A stretch of DNA of 64,000 nt from Candidatus Latescibacterota bacterium (GTDB lineage Bacteria > Latescibacterota > UBA2968 > UBA8231): positions 5,696,001 through 5,760,000 of the forward strand of contig OZ242214.1 of the NCBI GenBank assembly GCA_965206595.1, in the 5' to 3' direction. The notes beneath the pieces were generated by a model, which was not told where the DNA came from, did no database searches, and saw nothing but the letters and a program-made list of their open reading frames with translations. A program made the translations under genes and the position numbers. Below are positions 40,161-52,752 of this stretch, piece after piece (the stretch's first letter is position 1; every line of letters starts with the position of its first letter).

Positions 40161-41093
40161 TCAGCGTTCCTCCGGTTGTTTGTCCGGGTACGCCCCGGCC
40201 AGCGCGGCGTCCGTTTCCCGGTACTCGTCGTAGCGCAGCAGGTCGTAGAGCTCCCCGCGCGTCTGCATGCGCTCCTTGAGGGCTCTCGGCGTCCCCCGCT
40301 CCATCAGCTCGGTGAGCACCCCTTCGACCGCTTTCATCATGACGCGGAAAGCCGTCATCGGGAAGATCACCATGCGATAACCGAGGTCGCTGAACTGCTG
40401 CGCGGTGAGGTCGGGGGTCCTTCCGAACTCGGTCATGTTGGCCAGGAGGGGCGCCTGCACGAGCTCGGCGTAGCGCCCGAATTCCTCCTCCGTTTCGAGG
40501 GCCTCGATAAAGACCGCGTCGGCCCCGGCCTCGAGGTAGCGCAGCCCTCGCTCGACCGAGGCGCCGAACCCCTCGACCGCCCGCGCGTCGCAGCGCGCGA
40601 TCAGGGTGAAATCCGGATTCTCGCGCGCGGCCGCGGCCGCGGCCAGCTTCCGCTGCATCTCCTCCGCGGCAATGAGGGTCTTGCCCTCGAGATGGCCGCA
40701 ACGCTTGGGGGCCTGCTGGTCCTCGAGGTGGACGCCGGCGAGGCCTGCGCGCTCGAAGGCCTGAACCGTCCGCATAACCTGCAGGGCATCTCCGAACCCG
40801 GTGTCGGCGTCGCAGATCGCCGGCACCTCGACCGCCTGGGCGATGTACGCGGCTTCGCGAACCACCTCCTCCATGCCCAGCAGCCCGATGTCGGGGTAGC
40901 CCGCGGTGCCGTTGATAAGCCCCGCTCCGGAGATGTAGAGCGCCTCGAACCCGGTGCGCTCGGCGAGCATGGCCACGGGCGCGTTGAACACTCCCGGCAT
41001 GACGACGGTCTTCCCGGCGATGGCGCCGCGGAACGCCGCGCACTTCCGAGCCGGTGATGTGCGAGGCTTCAGAAGCAACGGCAGGCGCTCCAC
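40161..41093 (-). CDS. prpB: 2-methylisocitrate lyase (start approximate)
   Basis: YISGA, DADTGFG, EDQQAPKRCGHL, ANMTEFG. Confidence 0.93.
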   Translation of the reverse strand: MERLPLLLKPRTSPARKCAAFRGAIAGKTVVMPGVFNAPVAMLAERTGFEALYISGAGLINGTAGYPDIGLLGMEEVVREAAYIAQAVEVPAICDADTGFGDALQVMRTVQAFERAGLAGVHLEDQQAPKRCGHLEGKTLIAAEEMQRKLAAAAAARENPDFTLIARCDARAVEGFGASVERGLRYLEAGADAVFIEALETEEEFGRYAELVQAPLLANMTEFGRTPDLTAQQFSDLGYRMVIFPMTAFRVMMKAVEGVLTELMERGTPRALKERMQTRGELYDLLRYDEYRETDAALAGAYPDKQPEER

Positions 41094-41181
41094 GGAGGAG
41101 TTTGACGCCGCCGGAGCTCCGCGAAATGGGGCATCCGGCCGCCGTGGGCGAGGTCCATCAGGCAGCGCTCGGGAAGCGCCT

Positions 41182-42480
41182 TCACCGTCCGGCCCCCAGA
41201 CCGCCGCCTGCAATCGTGGCGTCGCGGTCGGCCCCGACCGAAATCAGCGACACCGGGGCGCCGGTGAGCTCGCTGATGCGCCCGACGTAGCGGCGCGCCT
41301 CCTCGGGAAGCTCCTCGATCCTGCGGGCATCGGTGGTCGGCGTGCACCACCCGGGCAGTTCCTCGTAGATCGGGGTGCAGCGCTCGAGCACGCGGGAATC
41401 CATCGGGAACTCCTCGACCGTCTCCCCTTCGAGCCGGTACCCCGTGCACAGCTTCAGCCGGTCGACCGTGTCGAGGATGTCGAGCCGGGTAATTGCCAGG
41501 CTCGTCAGGCCGTTGACGAGGCGTGCCCGCCGCAGGATCGTCGCGTCGAACCAGCCGCAGCGCCGCGGCCGGCCGGTGGTCGCGCCGTATTCACGGCCGA
41601 GTTCGCGAATGCGGTCCCCCTCTTTTCCGAGCAGCTCCGTCGGGAAGGGACCGTTGCCGACCCGGGTCGTGTACGCCTTGGTGACTCCTATAACCTCGTC
41701 TATGCGCGTCGGCCCGATGCCGGTGCCGGTGCAGGCGCCTCCCGCGGTCGTGTTCGACGAGGTGACGAACGGGTAGGTGCCGTGGTCGATGTCGAGGAGG
41801 GTGCCCTGGGCCCCCTCGAACAGCACCGTCCTGCCGTCGTCGAGCATGCTGTTGAGCAGCACCGACGTATCGGTCACGAAGGGGCGCAGGCGCTCGGCAC
41901 TGGCCAGGCAGGTATCGACGATGGTGGCTTCGTCGAGAGGCTCCAGCCCGTAGAGGCGGGTGAGGATCCGGTTCTTGGCCCTGACCGTGCCGGTCAGCTT
42001 CTCTCGCAGGGCTTCGGCGTCGAGCAGGTCGACCACCCTGAGGCCGTGGTCCCTTTCGACCTTGTCGCGGTAGGCGGGGCCGATGCCGCGCAGGGTCGTG
42101 CCGAGTTTTTCGTTTCCCCGGCTCTCCTCGCCCGCCTTTTCCAACACCTTGTGATACGGCATCACGAGATGGGCGGCGGCGCTGATGAAAAGGCGCCCAT
42201 CGACGGAGACGCCGCGCCCGGCCAGCTCGTCGAGTTCCTGCAGCAACGCCTCGGGGTCGAGCACCACCCCGTTGCCGATGACACAGGTCTTGCCGGGGTG
42301 CAGGATTCCGGCGGGAATGACGTGAAAGATGAAGACGTCGTCCCCCACCTTGACGGTGTGCCCGGCGTTGGCTCCCCCCTGGTAGCGCACCACGCAGTCC
42401 GCTTCGTCGGTCAGATAATCGACGACCTTGGCCTTTCCCTCGTCCCCCCACTGGGCGCCGAGAACCACTTTGGTCGGCAT
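41182..42480 (-). CDS. purA: Adenylosuccinate synthetase
   Basis: QWGDEGKAK, GGANAGHT, GTYPFVTSS, GATTGRPRRCGWFD. Confidence 0.98.
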   Translation of the reverse strand: MPTKVVLGAQWGDEGKAKVVDYLTDEADCVVRYQGGANAGHTVKVGDDVFIFHVIPAGILHPGKTCVIGNGVVLDPEALLQELDELAGRGVSVDGRLFISAAAHLVMPYHKVLEKAGEESRGNEKLGTTLRGIGPAYRDKVERDHGLRVVDLLDAEALREKLTGTVRAKNRILTRLYGLEPLDEATIVDTCLASAERLRPFVTDTSVLLNSMLDDGRTVLFEGAQGTLLDIDHGTYPFVTSSNTTAGGACTGTGIGPTRIDEVIGVTKAYTTRVGNGPFPTELLGKEGDRIRELGREYGATTGRPRRCGWFDATILRRARLVNGLTSLAITRLDILDTVDRLKLCTGYRLEGETVEEFPMDSRVLERCTPIYEELPGWCTPTTDARRIEELPEEARRYVGRISELTGAPVSLISVGADRDATIAGGGLGAGR

Positions 42481-42501
42481 GGCCGCTTTCCTACCTGCCT
42501 C

Positions 42502-44081
42502 TCACAGGCTGACCCGGGTCGCCCACTTGACGTGGTCGCTCGCCAGCAGCTCGTCGAGCACGGCGTCGGGTATGGGGCTGTCGACGTTGAGGATGGTCAG
42601 GGCGCGCCCGCCGACCTGCTGCCGGCCGCAGGACATCTGCGCGATGTTGACCCCGTGGGACCCCATGATGGTGCCGACGCGCCCGATGACACCGGGGATG
42701 TCCTCGTTGATGTAGAAAAGCATGTTTCCTTCTGGGACGGCGTCGAAGTGGTAGTCGTCGAGGCGCACGATGCGGGGGTCGCTCTTGCCGAATATCGTCC
42801 CTGACAGCACCCGTTCGCTGCCGGCGTGGTAGACGACCGTGATCATGCTGGCGAAGTCCTCAGGCTCGCGGCTCTTCAGCTCGTCGACCGAGAGGCCTCG
42901 TTCCTGGGCGAAGATCGGGGCGTTGACGAAGTTGACGATCTCGTCGGAAATCGTCTCCATGAGACCCTTGAGGACCGCCGCGGTGATCGGCGAGGTCGGG
43001 TGGTTGGTGACTTCGCCGTGATACTCCACGGTGATCCGCTCCAACTGCCCGGTTCCGAGCTGCGCCTGAATCCGCCCCATGCGCTCGGCGAGCTCGAGGT
43101 AGGGTTGCAGCGTCCGGTACACCTCCGGCTCCACCGAGGGAAGGTTGACGGCGTTGCGGACCGGCATGTCGGTCAACGTCTCGCCTACCTGCTCGGCTAC
43201 CTGCAGCGCCACGCTCGCCTGCGCTTCCTCGGTAGAGGCCCCGATATGGGGGGTGCAGATGACGGCCTCGTGGCGAACCATCTCGTTCTCCAAACCGGGG
43301 GGTTCCTGCTCGAAGACGTCGAGGGCTGCCCCGGCGACCTTGCCGGAGTTCAGGCCCTCGAGCAGGGCCTCTTCGTCGACGATGCCGCCGCGGGCGCAGT
43401 TGATGATGCGCACGCCATCCTTGCATGAAGCGATCTGTTCCCGGGAAAGGTAGTGCCGCGTCTGGTCGGTCAAATGAAGGTGGATGCTGATGAAATCCGA
43501 CTCGGCGTAGAGCTGTTCGAGGGGTACCAGCTGGGCGCCGTGCGCAAGGGCGGCCTCGGCCGAGACGTAGGGATCGTGCCCGAGCACGCGCATGTGAAAG
43601 GCACCGGCCCGATGCGCCACCTCGCGGCCGACCTTGCCGAGACCGACGATGCCGAGGGTCTTGCCGGCGAGCTCGACCCCGGTAAAGCGGGTGCGCTCCC
43701 AGCGGCCGGTGCGCACCGATGCCGAGGCCCCGGGAATCTGCCGTGCAAGCGCCAGGAGCAGGCCGAAGCAGTGCTCGGCGGTAGAGGTAGAGTTGCCGCC
43801 GGGAGTGTTCATCACCACGATCCCGCGGCGGCTCGCCGCGACGACGTCGATGTTGTCGACCCCGGCCCCGGCGCGGCCGATCACCCGCAGGCGTTTGCCG
43901 GCGCCGATCACCTCCTCGGTGACCTTGGTGCTCGAACGCACGATCAGCCCCTCGTAGCCACCGATCGCTTGGAGGAGCCCTGCGGGCGTCAGGTCTGTGC
44001 GCACCTCGACGGATATCCCCGGAAAGCGCGCCAGCAGGTCGACGCAGCCGGGATCCATGGGGTCGCTGATAAGGACTTTCA

Positions 44082-44082
<1 letters not shown>
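42502..44082 (-). CDS. serA: D-3-phosphoglycerate dehydrogenase (ASB plus ACT domains)
   Basis: GRAGAGVDNID, NTPGGN, TPHIGAST, C-terminal ACT domain. TGATG overlap with engB. Confidence 0.95.
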
Positions 44083-44693
<611 letters not shown>

Positions 44694-44715
44694 AGCCTGT
44701 GGGGCCGGGTCCCGG

Positions 44716-45963
44716 TCATGCCCGCTGGCGCATTAATACGTCATCGCCGTCGATGTTTTCGACCCCTTTCAGGATCATCTCGGACGTCACGACGAGCTCT
44801 CCGACGCTGTCGCGGGAGGGGGTGTCGTACATGATATCCATCATCGACTGCTCGAGCACCGAGCGCAAACCGCGAGCCCCGGTACCCTTCCTTACCGTCA
44901 GGTCCACGACCGTATGCAGCGCCTCTTCGGTAAAATCGAGGGTGACCCCGTCGATCTCGAAGAGCCTGCATACCTGCCTGACAATGGCGTCCTTCGGTTC
45001 CGTCAGGATCCGGAACAGGTCTTCTTCGGTGAGCGGGTCCATGGTGGTCACCACCGGGACGCGGCCCACGTACTCCGGAATCAGCCCGTACGCCAGCAGG
45101 TCCTCGGGCTGGACCTGGCTCAGCACCGACATCGGATCGGTATCGTGGGTTTCCCGATCGTCCGCGACGCCGAATCCGAGGGTGCGGCGTCCCACGCGAT
45201 GGGAGATGATTTTCTCCAACCCCTCGAAGGCGCCTCCGCAAATGAAGAGGATGTTGCCGGTGTTGATCTGGATCATCGACTGCTCGGGATGCTTGCGCCC
45301 TCCCTTCGGCGGGATATTGGCGACCGTGCCTTCGAGGATTTTCAGGAGGGCCTGCTGCACTCCTTCCCCCGATACGTCGCGGCTCACGGCCGGGGTGGCG
45401 GACTTGCGCGCGATCTTGTCGACCTCGTCGAGGTAGACGATCCCCTTCTCGGCGCGCGCGACGTCGTAATCGGCGGCCTGCAGCAGTCCGACGAGGATGT
45501 TCTCGACGTCTTCGCCGACGTACCCGGCTTCGGTCAGTATGGTGGCGTCGGCTATGGAAAAGGGCACCTGAAGCACCTTCGCCAGGGTCTGGGCGAGCAG
45601 GGTTTTGCCGGTACCGGTGGGCCCGACGAGAATGATGTTGCTCTTCTCGAGCTCGACGTCGTCGAGGGAGACGTTGGGCCGGATGCGCTTGTAGTGATTG
45701 TACACCGCCACCGAAAGGATCTTCTTTGCCCGGTCCTGCCCGATGACGTAGTCGTCGAGAAACGACTTGATGTCGAACGGTTTGGGCAGGGCCCCGGTTT
45801 CCCAGGGCGTCTGCTTTCTGTTTTCCGCCAGCACCTCGTTGCAGAGCTTCACGCACTCGTTGCAGATGTGAACGGACGGACCCGTGATGATTTTCTCGAC
45901 CTGGGAGGCTCCGCGGGCGCAGAAGGAGCATTTCGGGTCGGTCTTGGAAGGACGGCGTCGCAC
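44716..45963 (-). CDS. clpX: ATP-dependent Clp protease ATPase subunit
   Basis: CSFC..ICNEC zinc domain, [22 protein letters not shown]. Start set at GTG 45963. Confidence 0.97.
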   Translation of the reverse strand: MRRRPSKTDPKCSFCARGASQVEKIITGPSVHICNECVKLCNEVLAENRKQTPWETGALPKPFDIKSFLDDYVIGQDRAKKILSVAVYNHYKRIRPNVSLDDVELEKSNIILVGPTGTGKTLLAQTLAKVLQVPFSIADATILTEAGYVGEDVENILVGLLQAADYDVARAEKGIVYLDEVDKIARKSATPAVSRDVSGEGVQQALLKILEGTVANIPPKGGRKHPEQSMIQINTGNILFICGGAFEGLEKIISHRVGRRTLGFGVADDRETHDTDPMSVLSQVQPEDLLAYGLIPEYVGRVPVVTTMDPLTEEDLFRILTEPKDAIVRQVCRLFEIDGVTLDFTEEALHTVVDLTVRKGTGARGLRSVLEQSMMDIMYDTPSRDSVGELVVTSEMILKGVENIDGDDVLMRQRA

Positions 45964-45989
45964 TCTGTTATGGCTGCTCGAACGGGGTG

Positions 45990-46601
45990 TCAGCCGGCCG
46001 CTTCTGCTGACTGGGCGGTCCCGGTTGGTTGGATGATTTCGTCGATGAGTCCGTACTCGAGCGCTTCGCCGGGACTCATGTAGAAGTCCCGTTCCGTGTC
46101 CCTGCGGATCGTCTCGAGATCCTTGCCGGCGCAGTCGGCGATTATGTCGTTGATCTGCTCGCGGATCTCGATGATCTCGCGAGCGTGGATCTCCATGTCG
46201 GAGGCCTGGCCGCCGATACCGCCCATCGGCTGGTGGAGAAGTATTCGCGCGTTGGGAAGGCTCTGGCGCTTCCCTCTGGCGCCCCCGGCCAGGAGCACGG
46301 CCGACATGCTCGAGGCCTGGCCGATGCAGATCGTGGCGATGTCGGGCTGGACGTACTGCATGGTGTCGAATACGGCCATTCCCGCGGTCACCGATCCACC
46401 CGGGCTGTTGATGTAAAGCGAGATGTCCCGCTTGGGATCTTCGGAGGCGAGAAACAGCATCTGGGCGATGGTGAGGTTGGCGATCCCGTCCCCTATCGGC
46501 GTGCCGATGAAGATGATGCGCTCCTTGAGCAGGCGGGAGTAGATGTCGTACGAGCGCTCGCCTCTGCCCGTCTGCTCTATTACCATGGGTATCAGGGACA
46601 C
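45990..46601 (-). CDS. clpP: Clp protease proteolytic subunit
   Basis: [26 protein letters not shown]. Confidence 0.98.
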   Translation of the reverse strand: MSLIPMVIEQTGRGERSYDIYSRLLKERIIFIGTPIGDGIANLTIAQMLFLASEDPKRDISLYINSPGGSVTAGMAVFDTMQYVQPDIATICIGQASSMSAVLLAGGARGKRQSLPNARILLHQPMGGIGGQASDMEIHAREIIEIREQINDIIADCAGKDLETIRRDTERDFYMSPGEALEYGLIDEIIQPTGTAQSAEAAG

Positions 46602-47875
46602 TATACCGACTCCTCGCGTATATCGGCGCGCTCGCCAAGGTACTCGAATATCTTCGAGTTCTCCAACTCGCGCCTGATATCGTCGGCCCGGGGGGATCTT
46701 TTCAGGTCGGCCGCCTGAAATCCGAGCTGTTGCGCCCGTTCTTCGAAGTAATCGGCGGTCTCTTCCTCGGTGACCTCGAGATTCAGTTTCTTTCTCAACC
46801 CATCCAGCAGCAGGGAAGTCTTCAGGCTCCTGATAACGGCGATGCGCTCCTCGCCAGTAATCTCAGGATGCTCTTCGTGTTCATCGTGATGTTCGTGTTC
46901 GGCCTCCCGTTCCTCCTTCATTCTCTCGATATAGCTCTCTATCAGACGGTCCGGCAGGTCGAACGGGTTGCCCCTGATGAGGCCGTCGACCAGATCGCTC
47001 CTCTCCTTGCGCCGCGCTAGGGAATTCCAGGTTTCCTGAAGCTGCCCGCGCAGGTACTTGCGCAACGTCTCGAGACTGTCGAACCGGTCCCCGAGGTCCT
47101 TGGCGAACTCGTCGTCCAGCTCGGGAAGGGTGCGCTCCCTGACCTCCCTGGCGGTTACGTTGAAAGACCGCTTCTGTCCGGCGAGCTCCTGATTGGGCAG
47201 ATTCTCCCGGTAGGAGAAGTCGACACGCCGATCTTCGCCCGCGCGGATCCCGATGAGAGCCTCTTCGAACTGCGGGCTCGGGGCGTCGTCGGAGCCGATG
47301 AGGAAATAACGCTCCTCGTAGCGGTCGCCGACCAGGGCCACGCCCTCCTCGGTTACCCCCTGCAGGTCGGCAATGAGCACGTCCCCCTTTTCGAGGGGCC
47401 GCTCCACCGACATCTCGGTAGCGTTGCGCTGCCGCAGCTTGTCGATCTCGCCCCCGACCTCCTCTTCGCCGACCTCATGGGAAATCCTGGAAACCGCTAT
47501 CCCTTCGTAGTTCCCGACATCGATCCGAGGCCAGATGTCCATGGTGGCCGTGAACCTGAGCGGCTTTCCGGGTTCGTGTTGATCCATGGAGATCGTCGGG
47601 GTGCTGGCCGGCACGATGTCGGCCGCCTGTGCGGCCTCGTGAACCAGGTCCGGAAGCAGGCCGGTGACCACGTCGTGGCGAATCGATGCGCCGTACCGCG
47701 ACTCGACGACGCGCATCGGCACCTTGCCTTTGCGAAACCCGGGGATTTCGAGTCTATTCCGGTACTTGCGGACGGCGGTGGCCACTTCCGAGTCGATGCG
47801 CTCGGCCGGGACCTCGATCTCGAGCTCGCGTTCCCACTGTCCTTTTTCGATTACTTTGGTTCTGGCTTCCGACAA
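46601..47875 (-). CDS. tig: Trigger factor
   Basis: PGFRKGKVP signature, PELDDEFAK; tig-clpP-clpX order. Confidence 0.93.
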   Translation of the reverse strand: MSEARTKVIEKGQWERELEIEVPAERIDSEVATAVRKYRNRLEIPGFRKGKVPMRVVESRYGASIRHDVVTGLLPDLVHEAAQAADIVPASTPTISMDQHEPGKPLRFTATMDIWPRIDVGNYEGIAVSRISHEVGEEEVGGEIDKLRQRNATEMSVERPLEKGDVLIADLQGVTEEGVALVGDRYEERYFLIGSDDAPSPQFEEALIGIRAGEDRRVDFSYRENLPNQELAGQKRSFNVTAREVRERTLPELDDEFAKDLGDRFDSLETLRKYLRGQLQETWNSLARRKERSDLVDGLIRGNPFDLPDRLIESYIERMKEEREAEHEHHDEHEEHPEITGEERIAVIRSLKTSLLLDGLRKKLNLEVTEEETADYFEERAQQLGFQAADLKRSPRADDIRRELENSKIFEYLGERADIREESV

Positions 47876-48007
47876 GGAGGACCCTGAAGTTTATGTGGAT
47901 TAAGTATAAAAAAACCGGTTCCGTGGATGGTTCGGCAAGATGAATGAGGGGCAGCGGCGCAACTATTGTTTTTGCGCGGCGCAGTTCGTGGGGTTGAGTG
48001 TTTTCCG

Positions 48008-48091
48008 TGCGGAAGGGGGGACTCGAACCCCCAAGCCCGTTAGGGCACCAGATCCTAAATCTGGCGCGTCTGCCAGTTCCGCCACTCCCGC
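48008..48091 (-). tRNA. tRNA-Leu (TAG)
   Basis: GCGGGAGTGGCGGAACTGGCAGACGCG-CCAGA-TTTAGGA-TCTGG, long variable arm, GGGGGTTCGAGTCCCCC-CTTCCGCA. CCA not encoded. Confidence 0.97.
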
Positions 48092-48194
48092 TTGCGACCT
48101 GCTGGTGTTGCCTCCAAACTAAAATTACCAACGCCCCGAGCGGGACGTTGGTAATTGACCGGATTCGAAAATATAGGTTTGGGCATCTAGGGGG

Positions 48195-49595
48195 TCAAGG
48201 TAAGGACGGCTGGATCGAGCCCGGATCCGGGTGCCTCCAGCTGGCGCTTCGGTGGGCGATTTCAGCGCCGAGGCTATCGATGGCAACACGGTCTTGCTCC
48301 ATGGAATCCCGTTCCCGAAGGGTGACCGTCCCGTCCTCTAGGGTCTGCGAATCGACGGTCAGGCAGAAGGGCGTTCCGACTTCGTCCATGCGGCGATAGC
48401 GGCGCCCGATAGCCCCCCCCTCGTCGTAGAAAACGCGAAACTCCGAACGCAGGTCTTCGACGATCCGGCGCGCCACGTCCGGCATGCCGTCCCGCTTTAC
48501 CAGGGGCAGGACGGCTGCCTTGATCGGGGCGATTTTCGGGTGGAAGCGCATCACCACACGTCTGTCGCCCCTGACCTCCTCTTCGCTGTAGGCGTTGACC
48601 AGGCACATCATAGCGGAACGGGTGGCGCCGACCGCGGTTTCCACTACCGCCGGCAATACCTTCTCGCGCGACTCCTCGTTGAAGTAGCGCAGCGCCTTCC
48701 CCGAGAACTCCTCGTGCCGGCAGAGGTCGAACTGGCCGCGGTTGTGGACCCCTTCGATTTCTCCCCACCCGAAAGGGAATTCGTACTGGATGTCGAATGC
48801 GGAACTCGCGTAATGGGCGAGCTCGGCGCCCACGTGTTCATGCCAGCGCATTCTCGCTTCCGGGATCCCGAGCTCGACGAACCACTTCCAGCGCTGCTCC
48901 TTCCAGTAGTCGAACCACTCGTTCTCGGTTCCAGGCTGGACGAAGTACTGCATCTCCATCTGCTCGAATTCCCGCACGCGGAACAAAAAGTTTCTGGTGT
49001 TGATCTCGTTGCGAAACGATTTGCCGATCTGGGCGATGCCGAAAGGCAGTTTCTGGCGCATTGCAGTCTGCACGTTGAGGAAGTTGACGAAGATCCCCTG
49101 CGCCGTTTCCGGCCGCAGGTAGGTGACGGAGGCATCGTCCTCTACGGGGCCGACGTGGGTCTTGAACATCAGGTTGAAATGGCGCGGCTCGGAGAGCTCG
49201 TTTCCCCTCGGGCTTCTCAGGCCGAGCTCGGCGAGCTTCGCCGACATCTCCTCGAAGCTCCAGCCGGTGGGGTCGACGCCGTTCTCCTCGAGAACGTGAT
49301 CCAGGCGGAAACGCTCGTGGGTTTTCTTGTCTTCTACGAGAGGGTCGTGAAAGCCGTCGACGTGTCCGGAAGCCTCCCAAACCCGCGGGTGCATCAGTAT
49401 GCTGGCGTCGATGCCCTCGACGTCCTCGCGAAAGGTCATCGCCCGCCACCACGATTCCTTGACGTTGCGCAGCAGCTCGGCGCCGAGCGGACCGTAGTCC
49501 CAGCAGCCGTTGAGGCCGCCGTAGATCTCGGAGCTTTGAAAAATGAACCCCTTGCGTTTGCACAGGGATACGATCTTTTCCATTACCTGTTCCAT
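48195..49595 (-). CDS. glyQS: Glycine-tRNA ligase, alpha2 type
   Basis: DYGPLG, YLRPETAQGIF, FRNEI, REFEQME, IGRRYRRMDEVGTP. Confidence 0.96.
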   Translation of the reverse strand: MEQVMEKIVSLCKRKGFIFQSSEIYGGLNGCWDYGPLGAELLRNVKESWWRAMTFREDVEGIDASILMHPRVWEASGHVDGFHDPLVEDKKTHERFRLDHVLEENGVDPTGWSFEEMSAKLAELGLRSPRGNELSEPRHFNLMFKTHVGPVEDDASVTYLRPETAQGIFVNFLNVQTAMRQKLPFGIAQIGKSFRNEINTRNFLFRVREFEQMEMQYFVQPGTENEWFDYWKEQRWKWFVELGIPEARMRWHEHVGAELAHYASSAFDIQYEFPFGWGEIEGVHNRGQFDLCRHEEFSGKALRYFNEESREKVLPAVVETAVGATRSAMMCLVNAYSEEEVRGDRRVVMRFHPKIAPIKAAVLPLVKRDGMPDVARRIVEDLRSEFRVFYDEGGAIGRRYRRMDEVGTPFCLTVDSQTLEDGTVTLRERDSMEQDRVAIDSLGAEIAHRSASWRHPDPGSIQPSLP

Positions 49596-49608
49596 ACCTG
49601 CCGATTCC

Positions 49609-50454
49609 TCAATGCAAGAATTCGAGAGCTTTCAGGCGGCAGCCCGCGCCCCCGTGGTATTCGAGAAAACCGCCGAGCATCGCGCGTATCTCCCCGCATC
49701 CGGGAGGCTCCGGGGGAATCGCTTCTTTACGATACGTGCGGATGTTCTGCAGGCGCGCGAGAAAGCCGAGGCTGTCTCCGGCGACGCGGTGACCGCCGCT
49801 GCGGGAGTAGCGCGCCCGCGCCGATTCATGCGTATCGCCGCCGATAGCTGCTCCCGCGAGGTAGCCGTCATCCTCCGGGACGGCTTCGGCGCGGTGGCAG
49901 TCGCTGCACAGGCCGCCGCCAAGTCCTGCGCTGAAGTAGGGTGCTTCGCAACCGGAGAGCGCAGCGTTGCAGGAAACGCAGCCGCTAAGCTCGGGCCGGT
50001 ACCCCAACGCCTCGGCGAGGCGCAGCTGGAAGTACCAGAACAGCGACTCGATCTGTTCCGGCTCCACCTCCTCGAGAGCGGGAAGCACACCGGTCAGACA
50101 TCTGTAAAGCCGCTGGTTCGGCTCCTGCTCGATGGTGATGCGGTCGACCGACTCGCATGCGGCGCTGGCGAACGACAGGCGCCGGAAATCCCGCAGCAGG
50201 GCGGGGAACGACTGCAGGACGTCGCATTCGCTCAGGATCTGCAGTTCGCGATCTTCCCGCAGGTAGCAGACGGCCTGCACTTCCGTCATCACTTCAAGGG
50301 CAGCGCCGAACTTGCTCTTCGGGCGGCGGGCTCCTTTCGCGGTAACCTTCAGCTTGCCGAACTCCTCGGAGTAGAGCGTCACCAATTTGCTCGTCTCTCC
50401 CATGCGCCGGGTGCGGATGACGACGGCCAGCGTCTTGACGATCTGCCTTCCCAC
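49609..50454 (-). CDS. recO: DNA repair protein RecO
   Basis: GETSKLVTL, AKGARRPKSKF, CxxC...CxxC. Confidence 0.92.
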   Translation of the reverse strand: MGRQIVKTLAVVIRTRRMGETSKLVTLYSEEFGKLKVTAKGARRPKSKFGAALEVMTEVQAVCYLREDRELQILSECDVLQSFPALLRDFRRLSFASAACESVDRITIEQEPNQRLYRCLTGVLPALEEVEPEQIESLFWYFQLRLAEALGYRPELSGCVSCNAALSGCEAPYFSAGLGGGLCSDCHRAEAVPEDDGYLAGAAIGGDTHESARARYSRSGGHRVAGDSLGFLARLQNIRTYRKEAIPPEPPGCGEIRAMLGGFLEYHGGAGCRLKALEFLH

Positions 50455-50455
50455 T

Positions 50456-50782
50456 CTATTCGGCCTTCCCCGTCTCTTCCGGGATGCGATAGACCTCTTC
50501 GCCCGGTTTCTTCATCCCGTATTCCTCGCGCGCCACTTTTTCAAGATATCCGATGTCGCTCCGCAACAGTTCCAGCAGGGTGCGCAGACTGTCGTTCTGG
50601 GCGCCCAGCGCGTCGACCTCATTGCGGAGTAGCCGCAGCTCGGTGCGCCGCGCCTCCACCTGCAGGTAGCCGCTCTCTCCCGCGACCAGTATGTACACGC
50701 CGCCAGCGAAGAGGGCGAGAAGCAAAAGCTGTTTCCACCTGCGGTGGGATCGCGCCGCCAGCTTGTCGTTGCCGCGGTTCAT
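50456..50782 (-). CDS. FtsB/DivIC septum formation initiator
   Basis: One TM segment, coiled coil, EKVAREEYGMKKPGE. Confidence 0.85.
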   Translation of the reverse strand: MNRGNDKLAARSHRRWKQLLLLALFAGGVYILVAGESGYLQVEARRTELRLLRNEVDALGAQNDSLRTLLELLRSDIGYLEKVAREEYGMKKPGEEVYRIPEETGKAE

Positions 50783-50791
50783 ACAAGTCGC

Positions 50792-51964
50792 CTAGAGCAG
50801 CACGAGATCGTCCCGGTGAATCACCTCGATGGCGGGCCGGCCCAGTGCCGCTTCCACGTCCGCGGAGCTTTTCCCCAGTACGCGGGCGATCTCCTCGGAG
50901 TCGTATCGCGTCAGCCCGCGCGCGACCTCCGCTTTGCGGCGGTTCTCGACCCGGATGACGTCCCCCGGCTTGAACTCGCCGCTGCAGCCGATGACACCGG
51001 CGACCAGCAGGCTCGAGCCCAGCTCACGGATGGCGCGCTCGGCCCCCCTGTCGATGGCGACGCTCCCTTTGCTCGGCGAGGCGAATCCGATCCAGCGCTT
51101 GCGGCTGCCGAGGCGCTTGCGCGAGGGAAGGAACAGGGTGCCGAGTTGCCGCCCCGCGAGGATCTCCGACAGGCGGTGCTTGCGGGCGTGGGCGATCACC
51201 GTCATCTCCCCACACCTCATCAGCAGGCGCGCGGCGCGGATCTTGGTATGCATTCCGCCGCGGCCGAGGTGGTTGCTAGAGGTGCCGACAGCGGTCTCGA
51301 TATCGGTATCCTCCTCCACCTCGGAGATCAGCTCTCCGCAAGGACCTTCGGGCCCGTAGGAAGAGAACAGCCCCTCGATGTCGGAGAGAATCACGAGCAG
51401 CTCGGCGTGGACGAGGTTGGCGACATACGCCGCCAGGGAGTCGTTTTCGCCGATCGTCAGCTTGAGCTCGGCGACGGCGACGCTGTCGTTTTCGTTTATC
51501 ACCGGAACGGCGCCGAAGGAGAAAAGGGAACGGAAAGTATTGCGAAGGTTGAGGTAGCGACGGCGGTCGTCGAGGATGTCCTCGGCAGTGAGAAGCACCT
51601 GGCCGACAGCGATGCCGTGGCGTTTGAAAGCCGCCTCGTAGCGGTTCATCAGCAGGCTTTGCCCGATGGCCGCGGCTGCCTGCAGATCGGCGATGGCGCG
51701 CGGCCTCTTTCCCAGGCCGAGGCGTCCCATTCCGGCCGCCACCGCGCCGGAAGAGACGATCACGACCTCCAATTCCTGCCGGCGAAGAGCGGCGACGTCG
51801 TCAGCCAGCTGTTTGATGACCTTGCCGTCGAGCTCGCTGGAGCTGCCCCGGGTAAGGCTGCTGCTGCCGATCTTGACGACCAGGCGTTTGACCCGCCGCA
51901 GGCGCTCGCGGCCTGTTGCCGGTGCCGCGGCTGTCTGCTCCTCGATCGATTCGACCTCAGTCAC
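50792..51964 (-). CDS. proB: Glutamate 5-kinase with PUA domain
   Basis: [37 protein letters not shown]. Confidence 0.95.
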   Translation of the reverse strand: MTEVESIEEQTAAAPATGRERLRRVKRLVVKIGSSSLTRGSSSELDGKVIKQLADDVAALRRQELEVVIVSSGAVAAGMGRLGLGKRPRAIADLQAAAAIGQSLLMNRYEAAFKRHGIAVGQVLLTAEDILDDRRRYLNLRNTFRSLFSFGAVPVINENDSVAVAELKLTIGENDSLAAYVANLVHAELLVILSDIEGLFSSYGPEGPCGELISEVEEDTDIETAVGTSSNHLGRGGMHTKIRAARLLMRCGEMTVIAHARKHRLSEILAGRQLGTLFLPSRKRLGSRKRWIGFASPSKGSVAIDRGAERAIRELGSSLLVAGVIGCSGEFKPGDVIRVENRRKAEVARGLTRYDSEEIARVLGKSSADVEAALGRPAIEVIHRDDLVLL

Positions 51965-52749
51965 TGGCAGTCCGGGATCTGGGGGCCGCGCACCAGGACG
52001 CCCCGCTCCTCGAGAAAGCTCTTTACTTCGGGAATGCTGTACTCCTCGTAATGGAAGATGGAAGCGGCGAGGGCGGCAGACGCCCTGCCCTCGGTCAGCA
52101 CCTCGTAGATATGGGCGCAGTTGCCGCAACCTCCCGAGGCGACGATGGGGACGTCGACGTGCCCGGCGACGGTGCGGTTCAGCTCGAGGTCGTACCCTTC
52201 GCGCGTTCCATCTGCGTCGATGCTGTTGAGCACGAGCTCTCCAGCGCCGCGGTCGACGAGTTCCTCCACCCAGTCGACGGCATCCAACCCGGTCGCTTTG
52301 CGCCCTCCGTTGACGTAGATCTCCCAGGTGGGCTGATCGCCTCCGGAAGTGCGCAGGGCGTCGATGGCCCCGACGATGCACTGACTGCCGAAGCTCTCGG
52401 CGCTCTCGTTGATGATGCCGGGGTTCTCGACGGCGGCTGAGTTTATCGATACCTTGTCCGCACCCGACTTGAGAATCCCTCTCACGTCGGCGAAGGTGCG
52501 GATGCCGCCGCCGACTGTGAGGGGGATGAAAACCTGCTCGGAGACCTGCTGCACCAGGTCCATCACGATGCCGCGTTCGTCAGCCGACGCGGTGATATCG
52601 TAAAAGACCAGTTCGTCCGCGCCTTCGGCGTCGTAGCGCATCGCCAGCTCGACGGGATCGCCGGCGTCGCGGTCGGCGGAAAACTTAACCCCGCGAACGT
52701 TGCGTCCGTTCTTTACGTCGAGACAGGGTATGATCCGCTTGGCCAGCAT
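51961..52749 (-). CDS. hisF: Imidazole glycerol phosphate synthase, cyclase subunit
   Basis: [32 protein letters not shown]. Confidence 0.97.
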   Translation of the reverse strand: MLAKRIIPCLDVKNGRNVRGVKFSADRDAGDPVELAMRYDAEGADELVFYDITASADERGIVMDLVQQVSEQVFIPLTVGGGIRTFADVRGILKSGADKVSINSAAVENPGIINESAESFGSQCIVGAIDALRTSGGDQPTWEIYVNGGRKATGLDAVDWVEELVDRGAGELVLNSIDADGTREGYDLELNRTVAGHVDVPIVASGGCGNCAHIYEVLTEGRASAALAASIFHYEEYSIPEVKSFLEERGVLVRGPQIPDCQ

Positions 52750-52752
52750 CGG

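Noticed and set aside
35173-41057. Long antisense ORFs (for example 35173-37446 minus and 39018-41057 plus)
   Set aside because: Shadow frames of well-supported high-GC genes, with no recognisable motifs.
48008-48091. tRNA-Leu as an island attachment site
   Set aside because: No integrase or duplicated tRNA 3' end was seen, and the flanks are housekeeping genes.
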